Shown here piece after piece: positions 1-10,784 of a stretch of DNA of 64,000 bases. Each line of letters begins with the position of its first letter. Positions within the stretch are counted from its first letter, which is position 1. Source of the stretch: Lepidodermella squamata (Eukaryota > Animalia > Gastrotricha); assembly GCA_047495785.1 (NCBI GenBank), contig JBLDXI010000015.1, positions 4,092,001-4,156,000 of the forward strand, read 5' to 3'. The notes beneath the pieces are model-generated. The model was not told the DNA's origin. It ran no database searches and saw only the letters and a program-made list of their open reading frames with translations. The position numbers and the translations under genes were made by a program.

Positions 1-2152
1 GAGCGACGTTTTGGACTTCTGTACCTCGGACGTAGCTGGTGGTTTTGAAGAAGAATCGAAGCCATCTGTTGCTGGAACAACCGACTGCTTCAATTGCCCG
101 AAGCCAGACTGCCGCGGCCTGGCTGAGATGGTGCCACCTTGCGTTCTTTTCATCTGCCCAGTTTGTAACTACCACATGTGTACCCGATGCAATACTGACT
201 GGCATGCGACGGTTACCTGCGAAGAGTACGCGAGGTGGCGCGAAGAAAACGGAAGAAAACCGATTATTAGCACTTTCGATTGCTGCCAATGCCGCAAGAT
301 TATGCCTAAAGAACACGTCTTCAGCATGTCGACCTGTTCTCATGAAATGTGCCACTCGTGCGCTGGCTTGTACTTCCGCAAACAAATCAGGGACAAGCAG
401 TATCCCATTACGTCCCCACTCCCCGAATTCCACCAGATAATAGATCCAGAAGATACCTCTATCTTGTGTTTGGATTGAAATCAGATGAAAACATTCAGCC
501 AGGATCGTTTTTAAATTTCTCGACTTGACAAGTTCGAATGATTGATCGCTTGTTTTAGTAATATCTAATTACCCATTTCTTAATATCCCAGAAATGACAA
601 CTATGACCAAACTCTCTGCATCATTTAGGCTTTTAAATGGCAACAAGTCGACCAAGCAATGCGGCAATCTGTTTTTTTTCGGCGTTGCGCGACACCTTTC
701 ATCTTTGACGGCTATCTGTTACGCTCTCCCATGTACCCGCATTGCCAGGCTGAACTGCATCGCGAGGAAACGGCTAGAGTCATAAACGAAAGCGATATTT
801 TGGACTTCTGCACCTTGGACGCAGCATTGAAACCGTCACAGGCTGACAATAAACGAAGCGTCGATCCCAAAACATCCAAGTGTGGCATGTGCTATGTTGT
901 TAGTTCGGGCGACGATCTTTTCGAACTTTCTACCGTTTGTTCGCATCATATTTGTCGCGAATGTGCTACGAAGTGGCTGACAGGTGCTCCAAGCAGATTC
1001 TCAGCAAGCATTAGATATTGTCCGATTCCGGACTGTATAATCAGATTTGAGCAAAGTCGGAGGGAACCCTTGTTCCAATTCGCTGACTTGCTGCCTTCTC
1101 CGCCTCCGGAAGAATTTCCGTGTGAGATCTGCTTCACGACCCAAGTCATTTTCGAAGTCTTCAAACTTCGCGATTGCCAGCACCAGATTTGTCGCGAATG
1201 TGCTCGCGAATACATCCGCTCGCTGACTGCCGACATGAAGAATATGACGTGCCCTATGGTCGGATGCATGGTACGTAAGTATTATTTCTAAATCGCTGAT
1301 AATTTATATTAATAATTAATTAATAAATCAATCAAATTGTTATCGATAATTTCTGAGTATTATCATTTCAATATTGATTTTACAAATCAGTGATTGTTCC
1401 GATATTAGCAGTCTAGGAAGCCTGCGTTGAACGTTGCCACCTAGCTGAAAACTATAGCAGAATCACAGGGTAAACGGGGAACCAGTCAAGAATACATAAG
1501 CAAAGAATCAGAAAAACTTAGCATGAGCACGCCTAAATTTAGAGTTAGAACGTCAATTTTAGTTGTGAAAACGTTACGGCCCTTAGTTTTTTTAATGCTT
1601 CGCTTGTTTAATTCTACTTTTTAGGGAGAACTGACACTTGAAGATGCCGAAACTGTCATCGAAGCAGATGAAATGAAGCGCCTTACTGACATGCTGCTGA
1701 AAAAAGCTGTCATCGACTGCTTCCATTGCCCGAAGCCAGACTGCCCCGGCCTGGCCGAGATGATCCCACCTTGCGTTCGATTCATCTGCCCAGTTTGTAA
1801 CTATAACATGTGTACGCAGTGCAACGCTGACTGGCATGCGACGGTCACCTGCGAAGAGTACGCGAGGTGGCGCGAAGAAAACGGAGCCGCTGATCAGCGG
1901 TTTACTGACTACGTCCGCGATAAGAAAGTCCAGGTCTGCCCGGCTTGCAAGCAGGGTGTCGAAAAAACCGAGGGCTGCAACCACATGACATGCCGCTGTG
2001 GGGCTCATTTTTGGTCAGTTTCTTTGTATTGTCAAAAATCACACAACTTGGAAATTTCCTCTTATAGTTATTTATGCGGCAAACGGTTCCAGAAACCTGG
2101 CTGGGAACCACATGGCTCTTCTTGTCCTCTGTTCAGTTATGATAATATTTGA
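1..2152 (+). CDS. RBR (RING-IBR-RING) E3 ubiquitin ligase-like gene, 5'-partial, with extra upstream RING/IBR repeats
   Basis: Terminal module: RING1 (CEIC...CQHQICREC...CPMVGC), intron 1271-1624, IBR (CPKPDC...CPVCNYNMCTQC...WH...C), and RING2 [29 protein letters not shown] after removing in-frame intron 2014-2067. The catalytic GCNHM Cys is present. Upstream repeats are partly degenerate and their exon joins are uncertain. Confidence 0.8.
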
Positions 2153-2563
2153 ACATGGAGATTCGAAAAATAGTTCGGCTTTTTTAATCTAACACTTCCC
2201 AATTGCTATTGCAATATATATATATGAAGATACCAGTATTATGCTTTGCTATGGACGAATATTTGTGTGATATGTGTGATATGAAAGTAAAAATGTGCTT
2301 CAACGAGTTTGATCCATCAAACGAATTTTTCATTTTTGCAGCCTCATTTACATAATATTAAACTTATCGCATTGTGCGACCACTTAAAAGTCCAATCCAT
2401 TGCGCACGCTGATTGGTCGATCGATCGTTGCTATGACTCCCGGATGAAACATCATGGTCATAAGATTTTTTGCAACAAGTGTTTGGGTAGATCAATTATT
2501 TCTACCTATATCTCCTTTTTGTTTATTTTTCATCAATTTTATGGAGCTTAAAATGATAATACT

Positions 2564-3866
2564 TCATTCCAAGTTATTACATTCTGGTATATTGCAGCCA
2601 TCCTTGTTCGCTCCTTGTTGGACCAAATAACGCGCAATTTCGAACAGTCCGTTCTCAACCGCCCAAACCAGTGGCGTCTTCCCATCACTGTTTTTCTCAT
2701 TAATATTAGCCCCATTCTGCACTACAAACTTGACCAATTCGAAATACGCGTTACTCACAGCTGACAGCAAAACACCACGACGAGTATTGTTGGTTCTATC
2801 GTTGATACTCGCGCCGAGTCCTAGCAGGTATTGAACAACAGGCAAGTGGCCATTAAGGGCAGCTTTCAAAATCGGCGAGTCGTTGTTGTTGTCCTTTTGA
2901 TTCACGCTCTGCCCTTTTTCCTCGACCAGAAACTTGACCAGATCCAAATTTCCACTCTCTGAAGCTGCCATCAGCGCCGTCATCCCATTTTCGTTCTTCT
3001 CATCAACGCTAGCACCTTTTCCCAGCAGATATTTCGCAACGTCTGATCGGCCGAAATTAGTCGCGATTAGGAATGGGGTCATTCCCTTTTGATCCCGGGC
3101 ATAGACTAAAGCGCCTTTATCGACTAAGAGCGATGCTGAATTCAAGCTGCCATTCCTCGCCGCCCACATCAGCGCCGTTCTGCCAGACCCGTCTTTCAAA
3201 TTAACATTCGCCCCCTTATCGATTAAATAAGAAACAGTTTGAGTCCTGCCATTATCCGAAGCTGATAATAACGCTGTTATTCCGTTGTTATTCTGCTCAT
3301 CAACAGCTATATTTTGCTCTTCAATGTAGAATTTAACGACACTTAACGCCCCACGGCCAGCAGCGTGGATCAACGCTAGGGCGCCGTTTTTGTCCCGTTG
3401 ATTCACATCGGCGCCGTTGCTGATCAAGAACTTGACCAATTCGAGGTGGTTATTCGCCGAAGCTGCGTGAATCGGAGCGTAGTTGTAAAGCAGCTCAACC
3501 CCATTAACATCAGCGCCTTTGTCGAGGAACAACTTCGCGAGATTACTTCTGCTTTGAGAAACATCGCAACTGGCTTGAACTGATCTCAGAAGAGCTGTAG
3601 CATTAGCCATTGTTACGAAACAAATTCGGCTTTGTAGGCCATCTGCCCATTTTGCGTCGTAGGCGTTACCATTAGCTTCTATTTGGCTGATGAGTTGTCG
3701 AACTTGCTGTACATTTCCACTAGTCGCTGCGTAATTAAGCTGGTCGTAAAGATTGCCTTGACCTGAAATAACCTTCGCAAAGGTCAATTGAACCCTCAAT
3801 ATCATACATTTAAAATTATACCTCGAGTAATGAAAAAATAGTAATCGTAATATGAAAAAGCAGCAT
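2564..3866 (-). CDS. Ankyrin-repeat protein (about 10 repeats) with predicted signal peptide; exons 3866-3822 and 3772-2564
   Basis: Repeated G-x-T-[AP]-L-x-x-A...G..-V-x-x-L-x-x-x-GA-x-V-N motifs. A phase-0 GT-AG intron at 3821-3773 joins MLLFHITITIFSLLE to VISGQG. Confidence 0.85.
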
Positions 3867-3892
3867 TTTTATTATAGACACGAAAGTTTTTT

Positions 3893-5029
3893 CTAACTTA
3901 AGTTGCTCATTTTGACTAGTATGACAGTAGTTGAAGCTGTGATGAGCAGCGTGCATAGCGTGAAGCATGCCAAATCGCTCATGTCGACCACCTTAATCCA
4001 AAACAATTTTCGCTTTTGTTTGCGGCATTTTTTGACGAAACGGTGGTGTAAGAAGCATGAAAACGCTGCATAGACTGTTATGAAGGTCGCGATGCCGAGT
4101 TGAAGGATGAACAGGATCGAGATGTAGCTCAACTTCGAACTTGTCGGCATTTTATCGTCGATATTTGTTTGAAGGACGCCTAACGCTAGTTGGCAGGTAA
4201 TTGCATAGGCCGACCGATCCGGGGCGTGGGGCGGAATTCCGAAGGTAGCTAGCTGGAGTAGGACGAGGAAACCCATTGGAATTATTGCGAGGTAGATAAA
4301 TTGTAGCGGGCGGCGTTTGAAGGAGATGCGAAACTCGGCAGCTCCGCTGAATCCTGCGCAATCCTTCCTTAAAATAGCTTCATAGCTAACTACATCCCAG
4401 CGAGAATTTTCCGGCGTGAAGGAAGATTGCTCGAAGACATTGCCGACCTGCATGCTAAGGTTCCCCACGCGAACATCAGTACACATGTCCATATAGCCGA
4501 ACTTGAACACACAAGTTTGAAGATCGAATGGGAAATACAGGAAATCCAACGGGCACATTGTTGTAATAGCTGGTACAGGCGGGAAATATGTGACTATTCC
4601 ACTGGATTTCACGTACATAGATTTGATTGCTAGGTCGACTTTGGTTAGGACATACATGTCCAGAGCGTTATTCATGTGCAGAAAGGAAGGCAGCCAAAGT
4701 TGTTGAGGGCTCAAGTTGACCTGCTTTATGCTTTGGAACTCAGGTATATCGTTCCATTTCCAAGTTACGTCGAGCCATCGGGATTCGAAATCTGGCATAA
4801 TAGTTAGAGTTTCGCCGATTTCGTCCATTGAAACGAAACTGATAGCTTTGAATGTGATATTTACTCGAATGACGTCACTACCATTGAGCTTTGGAGGGTT
4901 CATTCCGATCCCGGCTTCTTCCCGCCGTTGCTGAATAAACGATAGCAGGTTCGCAATGTGCCAGGTTGAGTTCAAAGTTGAACATGCGACCTTTGCAGTT
5001 AAAAAAATTAACGCCAGAAGCGATTTCAT
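3893..5029 (-). CDS. Atypical Cys-loop (pentameric ligand-gated) ion channel subunit, intronless
   Basis: Signal peptide MKSLLALIFL..., WLP motif, Cys-loop CPLDFLYFPFDLQTC, four TM helices, M2 PDRSAYAITCQLAL. Confidence 0.9.
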   Translation of the reverse strand: MKSLLALIFLTAKVACSTLNSTWHIANLLSFIQQRREEAGIGMNPPKLNGSDVIRVNITFKAISFVSMDEIGETLTIMPDFESRWLDVTWKWNDIPEFQSIKQVNLSPQQLWLPSFLHMNNALDMYVLTKVDLAIKSMYVKSSGIVTYFPPVPAITTMCPLDFLYFPFDLQTCVFKFGYMDMCTDVRVGNLSMQVGNVFEQSSFTPENSRWDVVSYEAILRKDCAGFSGAAEFRISFKRRPLQFIYLAIIPMGFLVLLQLATFGIPPHAPDRSAYAITCQLALGVLQTNIDDKMPTSSKLSYISILFILQLGIATFITVYAAFSCFLHHRFVKKCRKQKRKLFWIKVVDMSDLACFTLCTLLITASTTVILVKMSNLS

Positions 5030-5160
5030 CGAAAAGTATTCGGCGAGTAGATTTCTTCGCAAAAATCTCCTCTTTTATTATTAATTGTCAACAAATATCA
5101 AACCGCCTTTTTTGGATTGAGTTTTATTTGCTCAAATTTAGGCGCAAACATTCGAAAAAA

Positions 5161-6285
5161 TCAGATTTTTATCATATTCAAAATTACAGCTGTCGAAGAA
5201 ATGATGACAAAAAGCAGGCATACGACGAGAAAAATTGCATCGCTAATCATTATAACACGCTTCCAATACTGATGTTGAATTTTCCGACCATTCTTAACCT
5301 TCAAGTCGTAAACGAAAATTGTGGCTGAGGAATAAACTGTTACGAGAGTTGATATACCCATCTGCATAGCAATAAGTATTTCAATGAGGCTAAGTTGGGA
5401 ACTTGGCGGTAAATCGTTGTCGATAACTGATTGTAAGACTCCGAAGGCCAGTTGGCACGTGATTGAGTACGAGGCGCGTTCAGGATGTGAGACGGGCAAT
5501 CCGAACGATGCCAGCTGAAGAACAGCCATGAATAACATAGGCATTAAGGCTGAGTAGATGAATTGCAACGGCCGGCGTTTAAAATGTATTCTGAACTCAA
5601 TAGCTCCAGTATAACAGGCACAAGAATTACTAACAACAGCTTCACTGCCGATCAAAGACCAAACGGAATTGTCAGACATGAAGGTCAAGTCATCGATTTG
5701 AATGCTGACTTCATCCGTCAAAACATCCGAACATGGGTCCATGTAGCCAAAGGAGAATACGCAGACTTGTTTATCGAAAGGGAAATTTGTGAAATCTAGG
5801 GAGCACATTGTAGTTAGGGACGAAACAGGTGGGTAGAAGGTTAAGCTTCCACTCGGTTGTATGAAGGCAGTTTTTATCGAATCGTCATAGGCCAGAGTCG
5901 CGTACAGATTACCCGCGTTGTTCATGTGAATGAAACGTGGCTGCCAGAACAGCTTTGGCTCAAGAAGTAAGGTGGTTGTTAGGTTCTTGAACTGGGTGTT
6001 ATCCCAGCGCCACATTGGGTCGTTCCATGTCAGGTGCATGTCGCAGAGAATCGTCAGAGTCTCGTCTTGTTCGTTGAGGTCGACAAATTTCATCGCATGG
6101 AACGTGAAATTTACGAAGATTATCTCGTCGCCGATTTTCGGCGGGTCAAGGTCAATTTGAGCGCGCTGCCTTCGATCAATCAGAAATGTCCTCAATTTTG
6201 AACGCTCACTGATAGGAAAAGATGATGTACTGTCAGAGTTCACATCTACAAAATAGGCAATTGATAGAACGAGAAACAGAAACAT
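5161..6285 (-). CDS. Atypical Cys-loop ion channel subunit, intronless
   Basis: Signal peptide, WQP, Cys-loop CSLDFTNFPFDKQVC, M2 PERASYSITCQLAF, four TM helices. Confidence 0.9.
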   Translation of the reverse strand: MFLFLVLSIAYFVDVNSDSTSSFPISERSKLRTFLIDRRQRAQIDLDPPKIGDEIIFVNFTFHAMKFVDLNEQDETLTILCDMHLTWNDPMWRWDNTQFKNLTTTLLLEPKLFWQPRFIHMNNAGNLYATLAYDDSIKTAFIQPSGSLTFYPPVSSLTTMCSLDFTNFPFDKQVCVFSFGYMDPCSDVLTDEVSIQIDDLTFMSDNSVWSLIGSEAVVSNSCACYTGAIEFRIHFKRRPLQFIYSALMPMLFMAVLQLASFGLPVSHPERASYSITCQLAFGVLQSVIDNDLPPSSQLSLIEILIAMQMGISTLVTVYSSATIFVYDLKVKNGRKIQHQYWKRVIMISDAIFLVVCLLFVIISSTAVILNMIKI

Positions 6286-6290
6286 CAGTC

Positions 6291-7421
6291 TTAGGAATTG
6301 TAGTTAAGCATCAAACTCAAAATCACGATTGTCGAAAGAAGGGCGACAGCCGAGAATGCACAAAGTAAAGAAATGTCACAGATATCGATTATTTTTTCCC
6401 AATAGTTTTTCGAGGTTTTAATTGCCTTTCGCTTATAGAAGTAACAAGAAACTGCCGCGTATACTGTGATTAGGGTGCAAATACTGATTTGAAGCACAAC
6501 GAGGATACTGACGTAGCTGAGTTTCGAACTCGGAGGCATTTGCTCATTTATCGTCTCTTGAAGAACTCCGAGGGCTAATTGACAAGTTATTGCGTAAGCG
6601 GCTCTATCTGGTTCCGAAGCCGGGATGGCAAAGGTCGTAAGCTGTAAAATCATGAGAAAGGCCATTGGGATCAGAACCGAAGATACGAACTGGCTGGGTT
6701 GGCGTTGTAAATGAATTTCGAATTGGATCGCTCCGTTAAAGGACGAACACGAGTTAAATAGCCGAGCTTCAGCGCCTACTAGTTGCCATGGCGAGTTGTC
6801 AGACATGAAGTCCGATCCCTTCTTTAAAGGGACCGTGCCAAACCTTATAGCTAAGTTTTGAATTGCAACATCATCACATTCCTCATTGAAGGAGAAAATG
6901 TAGACACAAGTTTGGGTATCGAAAGGATACGCCGAGAAATCCATAGGGCACATCGTTGTTAGGGAGCCAAAGGCCGGGAAAAAAGTGACCCTTCCGTTTG
7001 AGCGAAGGTGAGTTATTTTGAGGGAGCGATCGAATTTCGCTGCCGCGTAAATGTCCTCCGCATTATTCATATGAATAGGTATCGGTTGCCAGAATAAACT
7101 CGGCTCCATGGATATAACGTTTGTTTCATTGAACGGGGGATCGTCATTCCACCGCCAGAATCGATCATACCATACAATTTCCAGATCTGCGAGAAGCTTT
7201 AGCTGCTCGGCAATCTCGTTAAGATGCACGAATGCTAGAGCTTTGAACGTGAAGTTGACCCAAATGGTCTCGTTGCCAATTTTCGGCAGCTCGAATCCAA
7301 TTTTAATTTTCTCTCTTCGTTCGAGGAGAAATGATCGTAGCTTTGCGCGATCAGGAGTTTCGATAGGCTCAGCAATGACCTCGGCAAAAAATATGATCAA
7401 AACAGAGAAATATATCACCAT
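6291..7421 (-). CDS. Atypical Cys-loop ion channel subunit, intronless
   Basis: Signal peptide MVIYFSVLIIFFAEVIA, Cys-loop CPMDFSAYPFDTQTC, M2 PDRAAYAITCQLAL. Confidence 0.9.
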   Translation of the reverse strand: MVIYFSVLIIFFAEVIAEPIETPDRAKLRSFLLERREKIKIGFELPKIGNETIWVNFTFKALAFVHLNEIAEQLKLLADLEIVWYDRFWRWNDDPPFNETNVISMEPSLFWQPIPIHMNNAEDIYAAAKFDRSLKITHLRSNGRVTFFPAFGSLTTMCPMDFSAYPFDTQTCVYIFSFNEECDDVAIQNLAIRFGTVPLKKGSDFMSDNSPWQLVGAEARLFNSCSSFNGAIQFEIHLQRQPSQFVSSVLIPMAFLMILQLTTFAIPASEPDRAAYAITCQLALGVLQETINEQMPPSSKLSYVSILVVLQISICTLITVYAAVSCYFYKRKAIKTSKNYWEKIIDICDISLLCAFSAVALLSTIVILSLMLNYNS

Positions 7422-8189
7422 TTTTTCTCGTAATATGCACCTCAAAAAGTCAAATAGGCCTTTTTAACCAGTTATGGAAGTATACTCAATAATTCTGTCC
7501 GGAAATTAGGATCTAAAATAAATACGAGCATTAATTGAAAATTTGGCAGCCATAAAAACGTACAACTGTTGTTTGAACAAAACTCATAAAGTACAATTAG
7601 GTATATTAGTGAATTTCAGCTTTTAGCGAAATGTCAAATCGATGACGTTTCTGCAGGTTATTTCAATCCGTTTATGGCCTAATAAATTGGTTGGTTAATC
7701 AAAAAGCATGGGGGCGTCCGTAAAGGACAGCACGCTCAAATTGGGATTTTTCGACCCCGCCCCTTTAATGGAGAGGCGATGATTAAGAGCCATCGACACG
7801 GATGTACCCGCAGCGGGCGCTTTAAAAGGTGCAAACGCGGCCTGCCGAACGGTCGGTGGCTCGGGGACGACCATCCTCCTTTCCTCAGACTTGGAGCGGC
7901 GGGAGTGTATTTAGTGGCGACTCACTTTCCTGATTTTCGGAGAAGGGGGTGAAAATGCGGCGATTTTTCGAATGTGGCGTTTATTTGAGTGTGGTCTTCA
8001 TTTCTTCCATTAGTTCTTACATGGTTATGAGACCGTTTATGGTGTTGTCACTCTTGTGGCTATTATTCAAGTGTGGCCTTTAGTCGAAGTGCGCGGCCTT
8101 TATACCACTAAATCCGGTATTTAGGCAATCTATTACCAAGTATTGGACGGAACCTTGATTTTCGATAGATTATGACGAATTGTCCAGAG

Positions 8190-8540
8190 GGACCGTCGCA
8201 GTTGTAAACGAAACACATCTTGATAACAAGAACATTTTTGCGAACATTCTTCCTGGCAGCACAATTTTCAGGGTTCAGGGTAGATCGTTCGAAAGCGTCA
8301 AAAGTCAATTATTCCGACAACGAGAATCAAAGCTCTGGGGATGTGGCCATCTTGGTCAAAATAACATAAGAATCGTGGAGAAAAGTATTCCTACTTCACT
8401 GAAGTAAACTGGACTTCGCGGCGCTTTCGACTTCCTTACGTCGCCGAATCATCTGGCACTTTGTTTCCCTCAATAAAAGATATTTTCAAGGAACGCCTCG
8501 ACCACCTACGGCCAAGGCTGCCTGGCAGCTGGCGATGTTA
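8190..8540 (+). mobile_element. Degraded non-LTR retrotransposon (LINE) APE-endonuclease fragment
   Basis: Motifs across frameshifts: VAVVNETHL...LPGSTIFR..., SGDVAILVK and LAAGDV, resembling APE motifs (xETWL, GGVAILVK, GDFN). Confidence 0.5.
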
Positions 8541-8717
8541 TGGTATATTATATATTAAACTTAGTTGAACCAGTGAATCCACAATTATCTGATTGGTCGG
8601 ATGGCTTAAAGTCTGCGATTGGTTGGTTCAAAGAGCACGCGACACGCACCATTTAATGTTTTTCTGCGATTATGATATATGAAATGTAGCGGAAAATGAC
8701 TACCTTTCTGCCGTCAA

Positions 8718-8790
8718 GCCGAGATAGCTCAGTTGGGAGAGCGTTAGACTGAAGATCTAAAGGTCCCTGGTTCGATCCCGGGTCTCGGCG
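8718..8790 (+). tRNA. trnF: tRNA-Phe (GAA)
   Basis: Acceptor stem GCCGAGA/TCTCGGC, D-arm GCTCAGTTGGGAGAGC, anticodon loop CT-GAA-GA, T-loop TTCGATC. Confidence 0.95.
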
Positions 8791-8859
8791 TACCTTTTTG
8801 CGCTGTCATTGGCCTATCCTAATTGCCATGTTAGAAGCCCACGGGAGTTTTCTATCGCA

Positions 8860-8923
8860 GGCCCGTTGGTATGATTCTCGCTTCGGGTGCGAGAGGTCTC
8901 GGGTTCAATTTCCGAACGGGCCC
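8860..8923 (+). pseudogene. tRNA-Pro (CGG)-like gene missing about 8 nt of the D-arm
   Basis: Acceptor stem GGCCCGT/ACGGGCC, anticodon arm CTCGC-TT-CGG-GT-GCGAG and T-arm are present. The usual TGGTCTAGTGGT is collapsed to a single TGGT. Confidence 0.75.
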
Positions 8924-8999
8924 ACTAGGTTTGTCTTCATTTGAATTTCAACAAGCTATTGAAAATGCATCACATAATCCAGGCATTTAATTTCATATC

Positions 9000-9071
9000 T
9001 CCCTGATGGTCTAGTGGTTAGGATTCCGCGCTTTCACCGCGGCGGCCCGGGTTCGATTCCCGGTCAGGGAA
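9000..9071 (+). tRNA. trnE: tRNA-Glu (TTC)
   Basis: Acceptor stem TCCCTGA/TCAGGGA, TGGTCTAGTGG A-box, anticodon arm CCGCG-CT-TTC-AC-CGCGG, GTTCGATTC B-box. Confidence 0.95.
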
Positions 9072-9211
9072 AGTTTTGCTCCTAAATGAGCTTTTTGCAA
9101 AAATCACTGCTTATCGCAAAAAATCGATTCTCAACTATAACGTAAAACTAGCAGTAATTTTTTGGAAAGCTGGCGCCATTCGGGAGACTCGAACCCCAGA
9201 AATTGCGATCA

Positions 9212-9826
9212 CCGTACTGCCCGAATTAAAAACCATGCCATTTATTAATTTCGAATGCTAGAGCCAGCGACCAAATTCCACGGGCTCAAAGAGAAACGTT
9301 CAGAAAAGACATGTGACGTAGATAGGACGCCGCACTCAGAGCACGCCGGCAGACAAGAAAACGTGTTCACTTTTTTCCTCATTAATATTCAGGATATTTT
9401 GCAGCTTAAAAAAAATAAAATGGTCGGGCTCAATTCGAAGTTGTTTAATAATTAAAATTAAACAATTAAAAATTAATTAGTTCAAGTTTCAAAGATCGCA
9501 AAAATTAGTGATTTGGCGCGGTTTCCGAGACCTACAAAGACGAGATGCATCTCTAAAAATGAATTCAGCTGATGAAATGGCAGCATCTGCTCAAAATTAC
9601 ACAGAAATAGCAAAAAAATATTTTGGCGGAAAATAACGACATGATTCATCTCATTAAATTTGAAACGATGAACTTTGCCCCTTATTAGTCTGACTTCAAC
9701 TTTTCGTGTCCGAAAACCTCTTAGTGCGGCGTCCTATCTACGTCACATGAGAAAAGAGGGTCCTAAAATTGAAATACCCCTACCCTGACATTTATTTGAG
9801 GCTGACATTAGTTTCGGGCAGTACGG
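9212..9826. mobile_element. Non-autonomous TIR element (family A, CCGTACTGCCCGAA termini, TA-type target) with internal perfect 27-bp inverted repeat
   Basis: CCGTACTGCCCGAA at 9212 and TTCGGGCAGTACGG+TA ending at 9826. Internal IR at 9310-9336 and 9723-9749. Same termini as 24122-24544. Confidence 0.8.
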
Positions 9827-9829
9827 TAA

Positions 9830-9870
9830 CTGCTCACGGGAGACCAGGGTTCGAATCCCTGCCAAGGAGC
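9830..9870 (+). pseudogene. 3'-half tRNA fragment (Asp/Glu-like) abutting the TIR element
   Basis: GGGAGACCAGGGTTCGAATCCCTGCCAAGGAG gives a T-arm and acceptor 3' strand only. Confidence 0.5.
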
Positions 9871-10276
9871 TAGCTTTTTCCCCAATTTTAAAGCATCGCC
9901 AACTTCGGCTGTAAGACAATGAACGAGCATTCGCCCGCATAGCGCATCCGCCACCGGGTCGATTTGATCCCAAATATTCCGCGGCGCGCAAGCATAATCT
10001 GGGTGATATTTAACGGTCCACTGACACCTTTCATAAAGTTCTGACTCATGCCTTGTTTCCGTTGCTTTGTAGATCCACAGCTTTGAGCTTAGCTTAAAAG
10101 AAGAACTCAGAAGAAACTTAGAAGAAGCTGCAGATTGACCATGGTTGTTGACCATGTTCGTCACCTGCAACGGCCCTCACACCATGTTAACTTTTTTCAT
10201 TTCTCTGCTATTAATCCTTTGTCCCCTTTGAGCCTCACACAACCGACTGCGCCTAAGCGTCGTTAAATAACTCGTT

Positions 10277-10394
10277 GTTTACGTCATTTTGAAGTTTAGG
10301 GGTAACAAGTAAAAAGGTTTAATCTCGCCTCATCATTCACGTTTACAAACGCCGCATTTTACTTGCCACCCGTCACCCTCAAACTGACGTAAAA
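10277..10394. repeat. Imperfect palindrome, probable MITE remnant
   Basis: TTTACGTCATTTTGA...ACAAGTAAAA pairs with TTTTACTTG...TCAAACTGACGTAAA. Confidence 0.45.
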
Positions 10395-10719
10395 AACCTA
10401 ACAATTACCCTAAAAATATGACCCTCGCGCCTGTTTTGCAGTCATATAGGTACACAGTACGTATTGCGATTATTTTACAAATTAATTAAAAATGAGCATC
10501 ATTCTCCAGAAATAACATGAAAATTATTGCATGATTCTTTGACACCCGCTGCATATGATAAATCATACTCATACGTATTATACTCATACTCATTTTATTG
10601 CAAATCGTTTTTTCAACAGTAAGCAAATAGAGATAAAGTTTTCAGTAGTTCAGCAGAAAAGGCGCCTCGCCACAGAAATGTTCTCAATTTTAGACGCTCG
10701 CACTGGTAGGAAAAATGAA

Positions 10720-10779
10720 TTAATTCTCAGAGTTTACATCCACAAAACAGACAGTTGATAGAACAAGAAACAGAAACAT
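10720..10779 (-). pseudogene. Truncated 5' relic of the Cys-loop gene at 5161-6285
   Basis: MFLFLVLSTVCFVDVNSEN* versus MFLFLVLSIAYFVDVNSDS. It lies 5 nt after the 10785 stop, exactly as the 6285 start lies after the 6291 stop. Confidence 0.75.
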
Positions 10780-10784
10780 CAGTC

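Noticed and set aside
6285-6293. Stop-codon readthrough producing a concatenated two-subunit channel
   Set aside because: The 5-nt spacer puts the downstream gene out of frame, and that gene has its own signal peptide.
9808-10170. 120-aa minus-strand ORF
   Set aside because: Non-ATG start, overlaps a tRNA fragment and a TIR end, and has no recognisable motifs.
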